From NCBI GenBank assembly GCA_030141605.1, contig JAQGDQ010000458.1:62001-126000 (forward strand): a stretch of 64,000 nucleotides of DNA, in the 5' to 3' direction. A program made the translations under genes and the position numbers. Below, piece by piece: positions 31,701 through 44,329 of the stretch. This DNA is from Tubiluchus corallicola (Eukaryota; Animalia; Priapulida). Numbering within the stretch: position 1 is the first letter of the stretch; each line of letters opens with the position of its first letter. The notes beneath the pieces were generated by a model, which worked only from the letters and a program-made list of their open reading frames with translations, ran no database searches and was not told the origin of the DNA.

Positions 31701-33845
31701 AATTCGAATCTTGCTTGCAATTCGCATGCGCCAAGATTGAGCCCACATTAATCATATCTGCAGCAAAAGTAGACTGCCGATTGTTATAGCTTAAGTGGTC
31801 GCTTCTTTCCATGAACAATTACAACCTGTTGTTACATACTTATTGTTCTTAAAAAAATTTACTTCATTTTTTTTACTTCTGCAAAATATCTGTGAAAAAA
31901 TTACCAAGCAATTACCTGTTTATCATTACATATACTATCAGAGTTTGCAAATTCATATATGTCATAATTACCTTTTCTGGGCAAAATATTTCAGTGGCAT
32001 ATTAATACCAGTAGTGCCTAATTAAGCCTAATAATCTTTTATGTATACGGTAACTGCTTGACAAGCACCTAGCAGAACTATAAAACGTGGATATCAGTAA
32101 ATAGTTTGAGGATTTTTCTCTTACAAACATTGCATCAGCATGTATGTATATATGCATCAAGATGTAGGTATGATCTGTTTAGCCATGGGATGGCGCCACA
32201 TGTTTTGTTAACTACGAGTCACGACATCTTACAATCAGCGGTTTCGACAGAAAAATATTCTCATTTTTACTCGTTTCTATTTTGCAATCAACTATTTAAT
32301 GTACTGTTATAAGTTTTCATGGCTGTTCGATTTCGTGTATTGTTGCTATTTTTTTAAATTTCGTTTGTTTTATTCCTATATTATAGCAAATGCCCAAAAT
32401 TTTTTTCATTTTTTTGTCCATTCGTGTGTTGAATAGCAGTGTTCTATGCATCGTGTAACAGACACAGCTGGCCATAATACTAGTTAGCACACTTTTTTAC
32501 CTCAAATCCAAGTACAGCTGCATTCAACGACAGCACAACTACAGCTGCATTGTACGACAGCACAACGACAGCTGCATTTTACCACAGCACAACGACAGCT
32601 GCATTCTACCACAGCACAACTACAGCTGCATTCTACAAATCAAAGTGAGCACTAAAAGTTTCAAACACACAGAAATTAGCCCTCAGTTTATCCTGTTGTT
32701 AAACACAAGCCTGGTGCACCCACCTGCATGCAGTGAATTGCCAAACCTGGACCAGTATAGAGCTTTTTATGGCAAATGTGGCATTTGAAATGCTTGGCTT
32801 TCTGATGCTGGATGAGGATTTTCTCATCTTCAAACTCTCGATTGCAGTACCTGAAAATGTTGCTAAGGAAACAGCAAACAAACTGAAGAATGAATAGTCG
32901 ACAATATGGCAGCGAAGTGCCATAATTTCAACACGAATCTTTAAATCTGTTTTTCTAAACATTCGCGCCAATGGCGATTACAGCTAATCTAGTTACACAC
33001 GTGCAGGTTAAAAAAATAAAGAAATACTGGCACTAATTTGACTTTTCTGCTCTTTGTCTTACACTTGCATGTATGCTGCTATGTAATGCTTGTGAGCTTA
33101 CTTACAGGAAACATTAGAACTGCACAGATTCAGCCAAAATAAATTATTTTATTGAAAATGTTCAGTAAAGAAGCCTCACAGCAACAAACTCATCAGTTTA
33201 AGGTGGTAATGTTGCAGCTGACTTACAACAGGGAAGCCCAGATTGGGCGGAGGCTAACAGTAAACAGTAAAGCCTACGTCACAAGTAGGATGTAACCAAT
33301 GTGACAGAGGAGAGTGTTGGCACAATTGAAGCCATAGTGCTCTTACACAATTGTAATATTACATTACCATAGATCAACTGGGTGAAGCCTATATGTAGGC
33401 TTTTTGCCAGGAGTTTTCTCTCTCATTAAGCCTCAGTTAAACGTTTTGTCTCACGTTTTCTCTCCAACATTATATATATATTTTTATTTTCTTTCAAAAG
33501 TTGTCTAAGTAATAGCTTTCAGAAGACAAAAGAAAAAGCAAACTAAATAGGTTAATGTGCTGAATGACATAAATCATCCCTTAAACCTAGGCTATAGTGA
33601 ATCGTGAGTATAATGTGACAACTATGTACTGACTGTACTCAGGTTTACATTCTGATTAAGCCAAACAAAAATACCAGCGCAACAGAGGTAAAGCTATGTA
33701 ATTGACTAATTAACATTTACTTACTATTGATTTACAAGTTTACAACACTAATATGATAACTCTGTATATAGCCACAAAACTGTAATGTAAACATTAAAGG
33801 ATACCAGCACCATGGCTTTATGGTCTTTTTCTTCTTGCGACCCAT
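19749..33845 (-). CDS. ZNF207: BUB3-interacting GLEBS-motif zinc-finger protein (BuGZ), 421 aa; exons 33845-33805, 32850-32724, 31012-30880, 29073-28854, 27103-26893, 25641-25464, 22910-22828, 21845-21671, 19846-19749
   Basis: Spliced translation [60 protein letters not shown]...[15 protein letters not shown], then a Pro/Met-rich region, [37 protein letters not shown], and C-terminus GGRY*. Phases are consistent (1266 nt). Probable 5' UTR exon donor at 34085/34084. Confidence 0.96.
20515..21474. mobile_element. hAT-like non-autonomous element in the last ZNF207 coding intron
   Basis: Ends CAGGGCCAGAATTT / AAATTCTGGCCCG; internal 20628-20826 is an inverted match to about 60492-60676. Confidence 0.6.
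24042..24513. repeat. Compound (ATT)n/(GTT)n microsatellite
   Basis: About 470 bp of TTA/TTG triplets; source of the poly-Y/C, poly-I/V, poly-L and poly-N ORFs. Confidence 0.98.
24620..24772. repeat. 39-bp tandem repeat, ~4 copies
   Basis: Unit GATCGYGTCTCGTTTACCAGAGAATCACGGAGTTTCCG. Confidence 0.9.
28063..28590. mobile_element. Intact copy of a dispersed element; disrupted copies at ~50260-51810 and ~61222-63548
   Basis: Shared blocks TTGAAATTTTATATCACTTAC, TTTAAACTCCCG and TTCTAGTTACATAAGTC...AAGTAATATAACTTTGCATGGAAAG; internal inverted pair CTCCCGCGAT / ATTGCGGGAG. Confidence 0.65.
29197..29482. mobile_element. hAT-like MITE
   Basis: Ends TAGGGTTACCATACGTC / ATGGGTCACCCG; GTCCGGG/CCGGAC subterminal motifs. 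Confidence 0.5.
30198..30807. mobile_element. piggyBac-like MITE
   Basis: TIRs CCCTTTCACTAC / GTAGTGAAAGGG with TTAA duplication at 30194-30197 and 30808-30811. Confidence 0.9.
31289..31563. repeat. ~75-bp tandem repeat, ~3.7 copies
   Basis: Unit TACTAGACGTTTTTGAGACAATTAGGTGATTGATTCTACATTACCGTGAGTCTAATATGTCAGGAGTGGCCCG. Confidence 0.9.
32512..32637. repeat. 28-bp tandem repeat, ~4.5 copies
   Basis: Unit ACAGCTGCATTCTACCACAGCACAACT/G. Confidence 0.9.
32851..33804 (-). other. U12-type (minor spliceosome) GT-AG intron of ZNF207
   Basis: 5' splice site GTATCCTTT (33804-33796); branch sequence TTTCCTTAGC (32871-32862), 11 nt from the 3' splice site. Confidence 0.9.
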
Positions 33846-34299
33846 TATACTTTAATATACAATTAAACCTGTAATCTATCTAAAGCAAAATAATCGATAC
33901 AAATGTGTATATCATCAAGAAATTATCACATTTATAAATATTCCTTAAAAACTCAATAATCAACCGTCTCCGAACTTTGACACAAATTTTACGGTAACTA
34001 ATTTTCTAAAGTCCATAAAAAGCTGTCTAATAGGTAAAGTTGAAAAAGCGAGCAGTTTAATTTCAGCTATTTTTGACGACTTACCTGGATACACTCGATC
34101 CTTTAAAACACCAGTGGTAAACAAGCAGACATCAATAGAAAATGTCTGTTTTCGAGATCAACGACAAGATTAACTTGTTTTCCAAATCAGCTAATTATAG
34201 AGATATTGCGCTTTCGTCTCTCTATTGAAAAAATTTATACTGCCTGATTTTAGTAACGTACATGAATACACTTTGTGACTTCTGACAACCAATTTGGAT

Positions 34300-35550
34300 T
34301 CATAAAACACATATCTACTACAATGTGTTCTTCAGTTGTAGAAGAAATTGAACTGTATCATATAAAACGCATAATAGCACACTGTTTATAGTGCATTCCT
34401 GGATGCCTCTTCGACTTTTGACAGTCCACTTTATCGAATTGCTTGGATTGTTGCTAAATAGGAATCTTCCATCCATCATTATACGTTTATTGTTAAACAT
34501 GTATATTGAACAAAAAACGAATGTCGTATTATCAAATGTCAAAAGCTTTTACGGTGTCAAATGGGGTGCAGCAAGGCCCTGTCTTTATGGGATATATTTA
34601 GATGGTTTGCTGGTAAAACTTCAAGTGTCTGGCTGCGGTTGCCACATTGGCAATGCATACACTGGTTCAGTCAGCTATTCCGATTAATAAACAATTTTAG
34701 CGCCTAGCACAAAAGTTGCTCTTGATCTGTGAAGTGCCAGTGAGTATCACATAAACTTTTTAATAACCAGGGAAATAAAATTAAAAGTAAATGTACTAGA
34801 TTTACTCCAAAAAAGTAAAAAAAAATCCCATATCCATGTACAATGCTACGTAGCCCTCCTTTCACCTTGTACATCCATCTTCGACATATTTTGTCCTCTG
34901 ACCTCACTGATGGTACTGACATTTCACGTAAAAGCAAGTATTGTGTAAATACCATCATTTGTAACTTTGGTTTTGTAAAGAGCCAAATCAAAACGAAAAT
35001 TTTTATGATATTTTGTCACAGTTTCAATGGAAGCCAGGCATGGTGGCTAGATAATTGTAATTTAAAATTTATCGATATTTTCTGGAATATTGCCATGCAC
35101 AAGTTATGGTGCCTCCCATATTAAGCGCACACTTGCATATTACCTTATATTGTCAATATTGTATATCCAAGTCAACAGTTTGTCAAGCGTTTTTTAAATA
35201 CCGCGTTAATTGTAAACAAAGTAGTAACCCTATTGTTAAGGTTGTACCACCAAGGTCTGTTTACTGTTAAATCAGCAATGGGTTTTAATTTACGATCCAT
35301 ATGTTGCACGAATATACGTTGAACTGTAGTAGTTATCAGTTAGAAAACAGAAATAATATTTTGACAAGGAGATTAGCGAGGAAAAAGACTTTGATAGGAA
35401 ACTAACAGGTAATTGTTAATATGGCTAGAGACTGCATGAAATACTTAGAATCTAATTATTTTAATTATTTAAACACAGCACAGCTGCAGATAATTCTAGA
35501 TTGCATTGTTGTTACATTTTAATTTTCAAGAAATTGTACTGCTTATAAAT
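34300..35550 (+). pseudogene. Decayed non-LTR retrotransposon reverse transcriptase
   Basis: Frameshifted motifs AFLDASSTFD, LLNRNLPSIIIRLLLNMY, GVKWG, LYGIYLDGLLVKLQVSGCGCHIGNAYTGSVSYSD (YADD-equivalent), FCHSFNGSQAW. Confidence 0.8.
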
Positions 35551-37057
35551 TTTGTCAGAATTACTAGGTCAACTAATCCTTTTTACTAACGTTATGTGTT
35601 TTAATTATTATTAAGTGTGTAAATAATCTTGAGTGACAACACTTTTTCATGAAATGCTTATGTAAAGTGTATTCAAAATGAAATGATGTTAATAATAGAA
35701 GCAAGGGATCGCTTAAATTGCAGTGCAATATTATAAAAAAATTAATTGGCTGATCAGGCATTTCATGCGACGCACAGAGACTGCTTTCCCGTACAAATGT
35801 TGATAAACTGATAAGTTACAGAAAAATAAAGATCCTATTATGTATTTATGTATAATGTATTATGTAGCAAAAGTATGTATTTAGAAGCTGCCCCACACCT
35901 TGTCAGCGAGCATTCTTATTTTTGACATGCACTTCAGTAATACATTTCTATGTGCAAACCCATCTCCTTTGTCACTGTCATTACTGTTTTGAACCTGTTA
36001 CTGAGTTTTATCAACTTTTTTGTCTCAGTTGTTTTAGTGTCTGTATGTACTTCAGTTCTGCCTGACAAATCTAAAGTTTTCTTTAAATCTTCTAACATCT
36101 TAATAACTGTTTCATGGTGTAGTCGTGCTTTTCATAAACAAGGTATATCAAGCCATTTTTATATTTTTATTTAAAGATTTGCCTGAAGTTTTGCTATAAT
36201 GATTTAATTTCCATTCAGTAAACTCATGCGATATTTTTTATTACAACTGAGTTACTGCTATATTCCATTAGGTTCTTTTATTTGTCAACAGCATTTTTCA
36301 GAAACGTCAACTTTGTCATTCTCGTACATTTTAACGGGCAACATCCTCTAGATGACTATTAATAGCTGCTCTTACAAAATTCTTTTCATTTAGACTGCTT
36401 TACTGTTTCAAAATAAATGCAGTTATAAATGCAATATACCGTTGTATATTGGTTCATACTAGCATGCAATTTGTTCAACATTTTTAGTCCAATTTCCTGT
36501 CCTGTATGAACAAAAAGGCTTTTTACAGTATTGCAGAACAAAGTTTTCAGTTAAATTAGTGTAAATAGTGTTTATTAAATAATTAGTGGATGTAATGCCT
36601 GTCATCTTCGGTGTGGCTCAAGATGGCGATCTGAGTTTTCGTGGAATAGCAAACAATGGCATTAGTTTCAGCCCTGATAGGTGTAACACATCTTGAGTCT
36701 GATATTATGGAAATGAAAGCCTGTTGCTGAAATGGTGGAAGGACTTTTGGTGAGGCATAACTGGCTTCTCAGGGGCAGCCACAGACTGAGCAAAAATATT
36801 GAAGGCACAGGAAATTTGGGTCAAGTGACTCTGTCAACATTATCTTTGTGATACTACCTCATTATGCACTTCAAAAGAGAAAGCCATTATTATTATTATA
36901 TTTTATGTTTATCGTGTTATGTAACTCTTGTGTATAGATCAAATGTATATTTTGGGTTTATCTTGAATAAATTCTTGTAATCTTCACCCTTTGTAATTCG
37001 CTCTTACATGACATACGTGTACGTACTCTCATGATGTAACATTCAAGTATTTGCCTA

Positions 37058-37428
<371 letters not shown>

Positions 37429-38823
37429 TTTTCCCATTGATTATTGCCTAGCTTGTCCCAAACTTCAGTATTATGTGTCAAGTGGCACTATCACCTTATT
37501 GAAACAAGAGAACTCTTATTTTCATACACTCTTCACCAACCTTATTTGCACTATTGCAAGAAATTAATTCTCATACCACTTTCTGCTCTTCTTAACACTT
37601 AACCAATGATCATATTAGACTTCCCTGTTACGTAACTGCATATCCCAGATATTTAGACTGGTTTATTGTTTCTTTTTTTAAATAACAGTTACCATCAATT
37701 GTTTCCAACACAATAAAGCCGCTATATTTTTATTTATTATCATAAATCTAGCAAAAGCATGTTATATAGTGTCAGTGCCTCGTCAGTAATACTGCAGCTA
37801 AAATTAGTTTGCACATTCGTTTCTATGATTTCATTACAGAATATAACTACTGTTAACTGAAAATAACATTTTGTCTGTTAGCCGGTTAAGACCTCACTGA
37901 TGTGGTCGTGAGCAAGCAGGAAAATCAGACTATCTGCTTTTTCAATTTCTATTCATATCAGCGCAGTACAGTTGCTCTTGCAGCAGACAAGCGTGAAGGA
38001 TTGTGACTTTCGCAACTTGGATTGGGATTCTTTTTTACTTTTTTGTTTTTATGTGTTAGGTGAGTTAACGCGAAAAGTTTCTCCTTTTCCACTGCTTTAA
38101 TAAATTAAGATGTCTTGCTGAAAGGACTGGTTACAAACATTTTTGGGAGACGCCAATAAGCGCCAGTACCGTACTTTCTTCTTTACAACATTGACCTTAT
38201 GAGACCCATCTCAAGTTGGTTTGATATTTGATATTTAGGATTGAACTAAGCTGGCTTGATATTCAGCCAAAAGTCCGAGTGATATTCAAACTATTAAAGA
38301 TTTGTAATAGCTTCAAACACAATAGCTTCCTCTTACTAGAACGTTTCTAGCACCCAACGATGATATTTATTTTTCTTTAGTGCTCTTGGCTAGTACTTAG
38401 GGTGGCTACCCCCCAGTTAGAAACTCGCGTTCCCACATTTTCCCATAGTTTGCATTCGACACAAGCACGTCTGCTTTAAACTTAAGTGTTGTATTAATCA
38501 AAAAAAGTTACTAACGAAGATGTTGTAATAATCATTGCGTTTTACACTTTCAATTTAAAAAAATATGTCTTTATGTGACTGTGTCAGGTAAGTATATGAA
38601 TGCACAAAAGAAAATTGTAAAATTCCCGGCTGGGTGTGCGATAAAAAAGTATTACCCGGGCAATTAGACCAAATCAGAAATATTTTTATGGTCGGCTTCT
38701 CGCATAAATAATCTGTGTGAGGTACAGATAAAACCTGTAATGGATAAAGCAGTTTAGCAACATGTCTAGTATTTTATTTACAGTACATATGGTATGGCTG
38801 GTTAATTGTTGCGTGTAAGCGTG

Positions 38824-41800
38824 ATGGTGGGTTTCGACCCACACGACAATATCCCCCTCTCACAGTTTGAGCACGCAATTGCCGGAGCATCAAGTGGAGT
38901 GATAACACGAGTCGTCACACAGCCGTTGGACGTTCTGAAGATAAGACTGCAGGTGATTATTTTTTGCCAATTAGAAAACTTTGAGAATTTTGCATTGATT
39001 AATTTGGACGAATTAGAATATATAATATATCTATTAGTTAATGATAACAAAGCAAAATCTACGACATCGTTGCAAGGTTCGTCTAGGGCTGCCCCTAACT
39101 AGAATAGAACTACATGTAACTTAAATTCTGAACTCCAGGAGCAACCAGGCTCGTTAGTGTCAGTTGATACACATAATGACGATGATGACACAAGAAAACG
39201 AAATTCGTTTAGTGAGCTACAACTGTAATTCATTAAAACATCCTGAATCTAGACTTGTTGGTTGGTTGGCATCCTTCTGTCTCAAAAGACAATGGAGTGT
39301 GCGCCAAGAGAGTCAGTTATTGATCACATTGATGGAGCTGCAGCGTCGACTGTGGCTGAGCAGTCCGATCCTTGAACCACTGGAATGGCCTCTCCAGGGC
39401 GCATTCCTGGGTAAGGTGTATGGAAATCCTGAGTTGCCCAGACAACAGGACAACAGTTGGTTGCTTGTGCAGGTCCTCCGCCTAGTGTCAAGGTACAGTG
39501 TGGGCATCCCGCAAGCCTACAGCACCTGGTATTCTTAGACGGTCACCCATCCAAGTATTAACCAGGCTCTATGTTGCTTAACTTCGGTGATCAGACGAGA
39601 ACCGGTGTTTTCAACATGATATGGCCGTAGTGAATCTAGACTATATATCACTTATAAGATTGTAATTACTTTACAAATTAGACTAACTGAACGATCAATG
39701 ATTATTATCCTGCAGTCAATTTGTGGAACTCAGCCACTTTGAGTATAAAATCAAAAGATGAATTTACAACATTTTAAAAAAGAACTAAAAGCCAAATTCC
39801 ATAATCACAAAAGACCAGTGTAAAAAAGCAATAGTTGTATGACGGTTTCAATAGTATTTTGTTACAAGTCTGTTGAACCATTATGATTACATGCATATCT
39901 AACATAACATCTTTGCATTTTTCCACAGTTTGCACAGTCACAGAGTGCGCAAGTCATAGAGTCATAGTTTTTCTAAGTTTTTTCAGTCACAAGAGAGTTT
40001 CCGCTACAGTCAAACAGCGAAAAATTCTATCTCTGAAATGACATCGCTGCATTCACAGCCGACGTCACATCTACAATGTTTCGCTATGGACGAATTTTTG
40101 AAGGAATTTTTTACACATCACGAGGTGACACAAAACACATAATTACAAATTAAAGTTTGTGCTGAGTGGTGCTGTAGCTGCTTGCCAAAGCAGTTGGCGC
40201 TGAATGTAAGAAGTTTACAATCGGCTTGATACCAGTCTACGATTACAGCAACGGTACGATGATGTCAGTTCAGCTCGCCGAATCATGAAAAAGCATTTTC
40301 GATTGTAGCGGAAAGTCTCTGTAGTTTTCTTAATGATCTACTGTTGCTTACCAAATGGTTCTCGTCATTTCAAACAAACAAACAAACAGAAAAGAATTTC
40401 ACATCATATCAATCTCCTAAGAAGCATAACGTTTACTTGACACCATCTAATGTTTCTAAAACTAATCGAATCTTTTGGAATGGGACTTCGCTTCCTGCCC
40501 ACAGTCTCAGACAGGCGGTGGTTGAGGATGTCTACTCAAAAGAGAATATGCTTCTGTAATGAAATGAATAAGCGTTCCTGCAATTGATGATGATCGTGAA
40601 AAAGTCAAAGGACAACATTGTGTACACTTGACAATGCCTTTTAGCCCATGCTGTTGTAATAGTAACAGTTTTAACAGCAAGCTTGAACCTTACCTAGTTC
40701 ATTTTTTTCTTGTTCCCAAGTAAGATCCTGCTAGTAAATCAATCTATGCGTAGACTAATGCATAATTAAATAAAGTTCACGTAAAACAACTGAAGTTACT
40801 GAACTGATGGGGCATACTTTGCTTTGCTTTACCCACATGTCACGTGACGGTTGTAGTTAAGACGCAGATGCGCACAGCAAAACTGTGAAAAGGCTTATTC
40901 GCTTGTTTAATCTGAATTTCACGTGTCAAGTGAGTGCCCTCTATCAGCAGCTTCTCGGTTAGAGTATGCGTCCATCAACTTTGATTAGTTTGCAGTCAAA
41001 TTTTAACCGCATTAATGCTAACTAGCAAAGGCCCCGCATGCGGAAAAATTCACGTATAATCAAAAATACGCAAACATCCTACCTAGTCCTCATTTATAAC
41101 GCAAAGCCTGTAGCAGCTTTTACTGAATTAAAGTTATAAGGTTATAGACATCGTATAATGGATGACGTCACAACAATGGCTTTGCGTCAGCAGTTTTCCA
41201 AGCGAAAATTGTGCGAAATAGAACCGCCAATTAACTCATCACAGCTCCTCAGGAAGGAAGCGTCCTGAAGTATAGCCCACATCATCGTGTAGCCCTGTCC
41301 TCTTTCTAAAGAGCTGTATATCTCCTTCCGAGAGTCCCACCAGGCGCCGCTAGAACGTTTTTTGCGCATGCTGTTTGGTCAAAATTTCGATAAAATCGGG
41401 AGTTGGGTCCGGGAAAACGTCCGTTACGGGACGCCGTGGCCCTCTCGCGAATTCTAAATATGCTTACCACACCCACCGCTATATGCTATCCATTGGTTAC
41501 TATGATCAGTGTGACTTGTTGCCTGGAAACTAACACAAAAGATTGATTTGATATCAATTAATTACTATGATCAGTGACTTGTTGCCTGGAAACTAGCACA
41601 AAAGATTGATTTGTGTTTGATGGCCAGAACACAAAGACAATCGACAAAGGTTCTTTCATTTGCCAAAGGCCTTTTCAGCGTTCACCCAGTATCGCTGCTC
41701 ATGCTGCTTGAGTAATTCAATTTCAATCTCAACAAAAGAGTTGGACATACCAAACTAAGAATATTTGCAACCATGATCAGGTACTTGGTATGTTTAATAG

Positions 41801-44293
41801 CCGCAATCGGTTCAGCGACATGTTTTCGATATCAGAAGCAAGAAGCGAACAAGGTTATCAGAGAATGTATGTTTGAAACGGCTAATCTCGTCAGTGAAGT
41901 GAAATGTGCTCACTTGTGTTCAATGAGAGGTTCAACTTGTGTTGGTTTCAATGTTGGACCAGCAGCTGAGGACGTTACCTGTGAGCTCAGTGCTTGTGGT
42001 GTGGACGACAAAACTCCAACAACGGTCAACAATTTTGACTACTACGAGAGAGGTAAATAAACAGTTAATTAATCTTTTATGACGTAATTTTACCTCACTA
42101 AATAGTTCTTATACCCTCTTCGAAAAACGGAATATCACACAGATTTCCACTAGCAAATCCAGATTGTCTCTGATTTACTTTGGAATCAAATCACTCACAA
42201 ACACAAAACTCCAACAACGGTCAACAATTTTGACTACTACGAGAAAACTAAGGTTGTAAACAAACGTTTCACAACAAGACAAACAACATAATTTTATTTA
42301 TTTAATAAACACACAACTAATTTGTTAACTGATTATTACAGTAATGCTAGTAAGTAAGTGATAAGAGTATACGAGTCGAGAAGCTGAAAAGGTTTCACAG
42401 TCAGTTTTCTATTAACGCTCCTAATAGCTTCTGCGCTGACACAGAATCTTGGAAAAGTGCAAAACTGGATTTTGTGAAAGTTCACCAAAAATTCTTGAGA
42501 AAAATTATCGTTTTTGAGTTCCTCAATCAACCAATCAATTTATTTCACTCCAGCAATACATATACAATACATCAACATACAATATTATTGAAACAAAAAG
42601 AAACAGTATAGGTAAAAAAATGTTGATGAAGTCAAATTAACCATATAGAGGAGTTGCTGTATGACAGGCTTGGCTTGTTAGGGTGGCACAAATGAGTGAA
42701 TGAAAGAATGGTTAGGGTTAGTAGACATGATGAAATGGAAAAAAATAGTTAGGTTAGGGATAGGAAGAAGGAAAAGAGGAGAAGAAACGACCGCAGTGTA
42801 TGTTTAAACGACCGCTTAAAAATCACGAGTAATTTATAAACTAAAAACTTCTACAAAACGCACAAAAATGCATATGAAAACATCACTGAGGCAAAGTAAG
42901 GAACGTTTAGTTCTCAGTTACAAAATGTGACGTTTTACCTGTATGTTCTCCTAGGACAATTATGTAGCATAATAGGTAATTTTTGTTACGTAAGCTGAGC
43001 GTTGTTAGTTGAGCTGTTCCTCTCTCACGAACGTGATGCCTCGTTTTCTGTTTCTTCTTGTGTCTTCGGTCGTTGGGCATTTGTCATTAAACCTGACAAG
43101 CATTTGGGACATAAAGGAGCTTCTTATATTATGGCAGAGTAATCGCCACACATCAATTTTTCTCTTCAGAGAGAATATGAATGATTGTTATAGTATTTAG
43201 CTGAGCACAATACAGTCTGAGTGCTAATAAAAGGTTATAATCTGTCAATAATAATGGCAGCGACATTAATGATAATGATGATGATGATGCTGATGATGAT
43301 AATGATAACGACAATAACCATGACAATGACAATAAAGGTAGTGACAATAGCAAGGGTAACAACAGTCACACTGAACATGACACTGGCGTGATGATGACAT
43401 AGATGATGATGAAAATGAAATAAAAATGATGCGACGACGACGATGATGATGACGACGACAATGACGATGATGATGACGACGACGATGATGAAGGTGGTTA
43501 TGACGATGACGATGATGATGATGACGACGATCACGATGACGACGAGGATGACAATGATAATGATGATGACGATGATGAAGGTGGTTATGACGATGACGGC
43601 GACGACGTTCACGATGACGACGATGATGACAATGATGATGATGATGATGATGATGGTGATGATCATGAAAACACGGCATAGTCATTTTCTCTTCTCTTTG
43701 CAGTTAACGGTGGAAAATGTCCAGAGGAGTTTGAAGAGTTTAGAGGTGGCTGCTACTTCTTTAGTTCCCATGCTTCCGCATGGAGCGCTGCACGTCAGAC
43801 ATGCAGTGATAAAGATTCTGATCTGGTCAGTATAGAATCGCAGGCAGAATTTGCTTTCATCAGCGAAAGAGTTGTACAATTTAACCGCCATTTTTGGACG
43901 AGTGGAAGCGATGCTGCTCAAGAGGGGACATGGATCTGGGAGGCTACTGGACGACCCATTGACGAGTTTAATCAACCTACCTGGAATCCTTCTCAGCCAG
44001 ACAATGCAGGCGGATTAGAGAATGTTCTGGAAATTCGTCCCTATTTAAACAGTGCTGGTTACAATGATAATCTTGCTAATGCAGTTCTTCACTTCATTTG
44101 TGAAAAAACTGTCTAGTTACAATGTCATTTAAGTTTTGACTTATATAGTTTGCCTTTTTTCAATAAATTTCAAGCTTTTTATTAAACTTCAAACTTTAAG
44201 AATTAATTTAACTGCTTTAACGTTCAAGGTGTTCAAGTTGAGTGAGCTCGAGGTACAATCTGTCTGATTGTCCAGGTACTCTAAAGCCCTGAA

Positions 44294-44329
<36 letters not shown>

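Noticed and set aside
38030-38065. Recursive splice site (pyrimidine tract + AG|GTGAGT)
   Set aside because: Equally consistent with an ordinary 5' UTR exon end; the SLC25A19 transcription start cannot be placed from sequence alone.
38715-38760. TPP riboswitch-like ACCTG..GGATAA..CAG upstream of SLC25A19
   Set aside because: Missing CUGAGA, the P2 GGG/CCC pairing and GCGUAGG; TPP riboswitches are not known in animals. The resemblance is probably chance.
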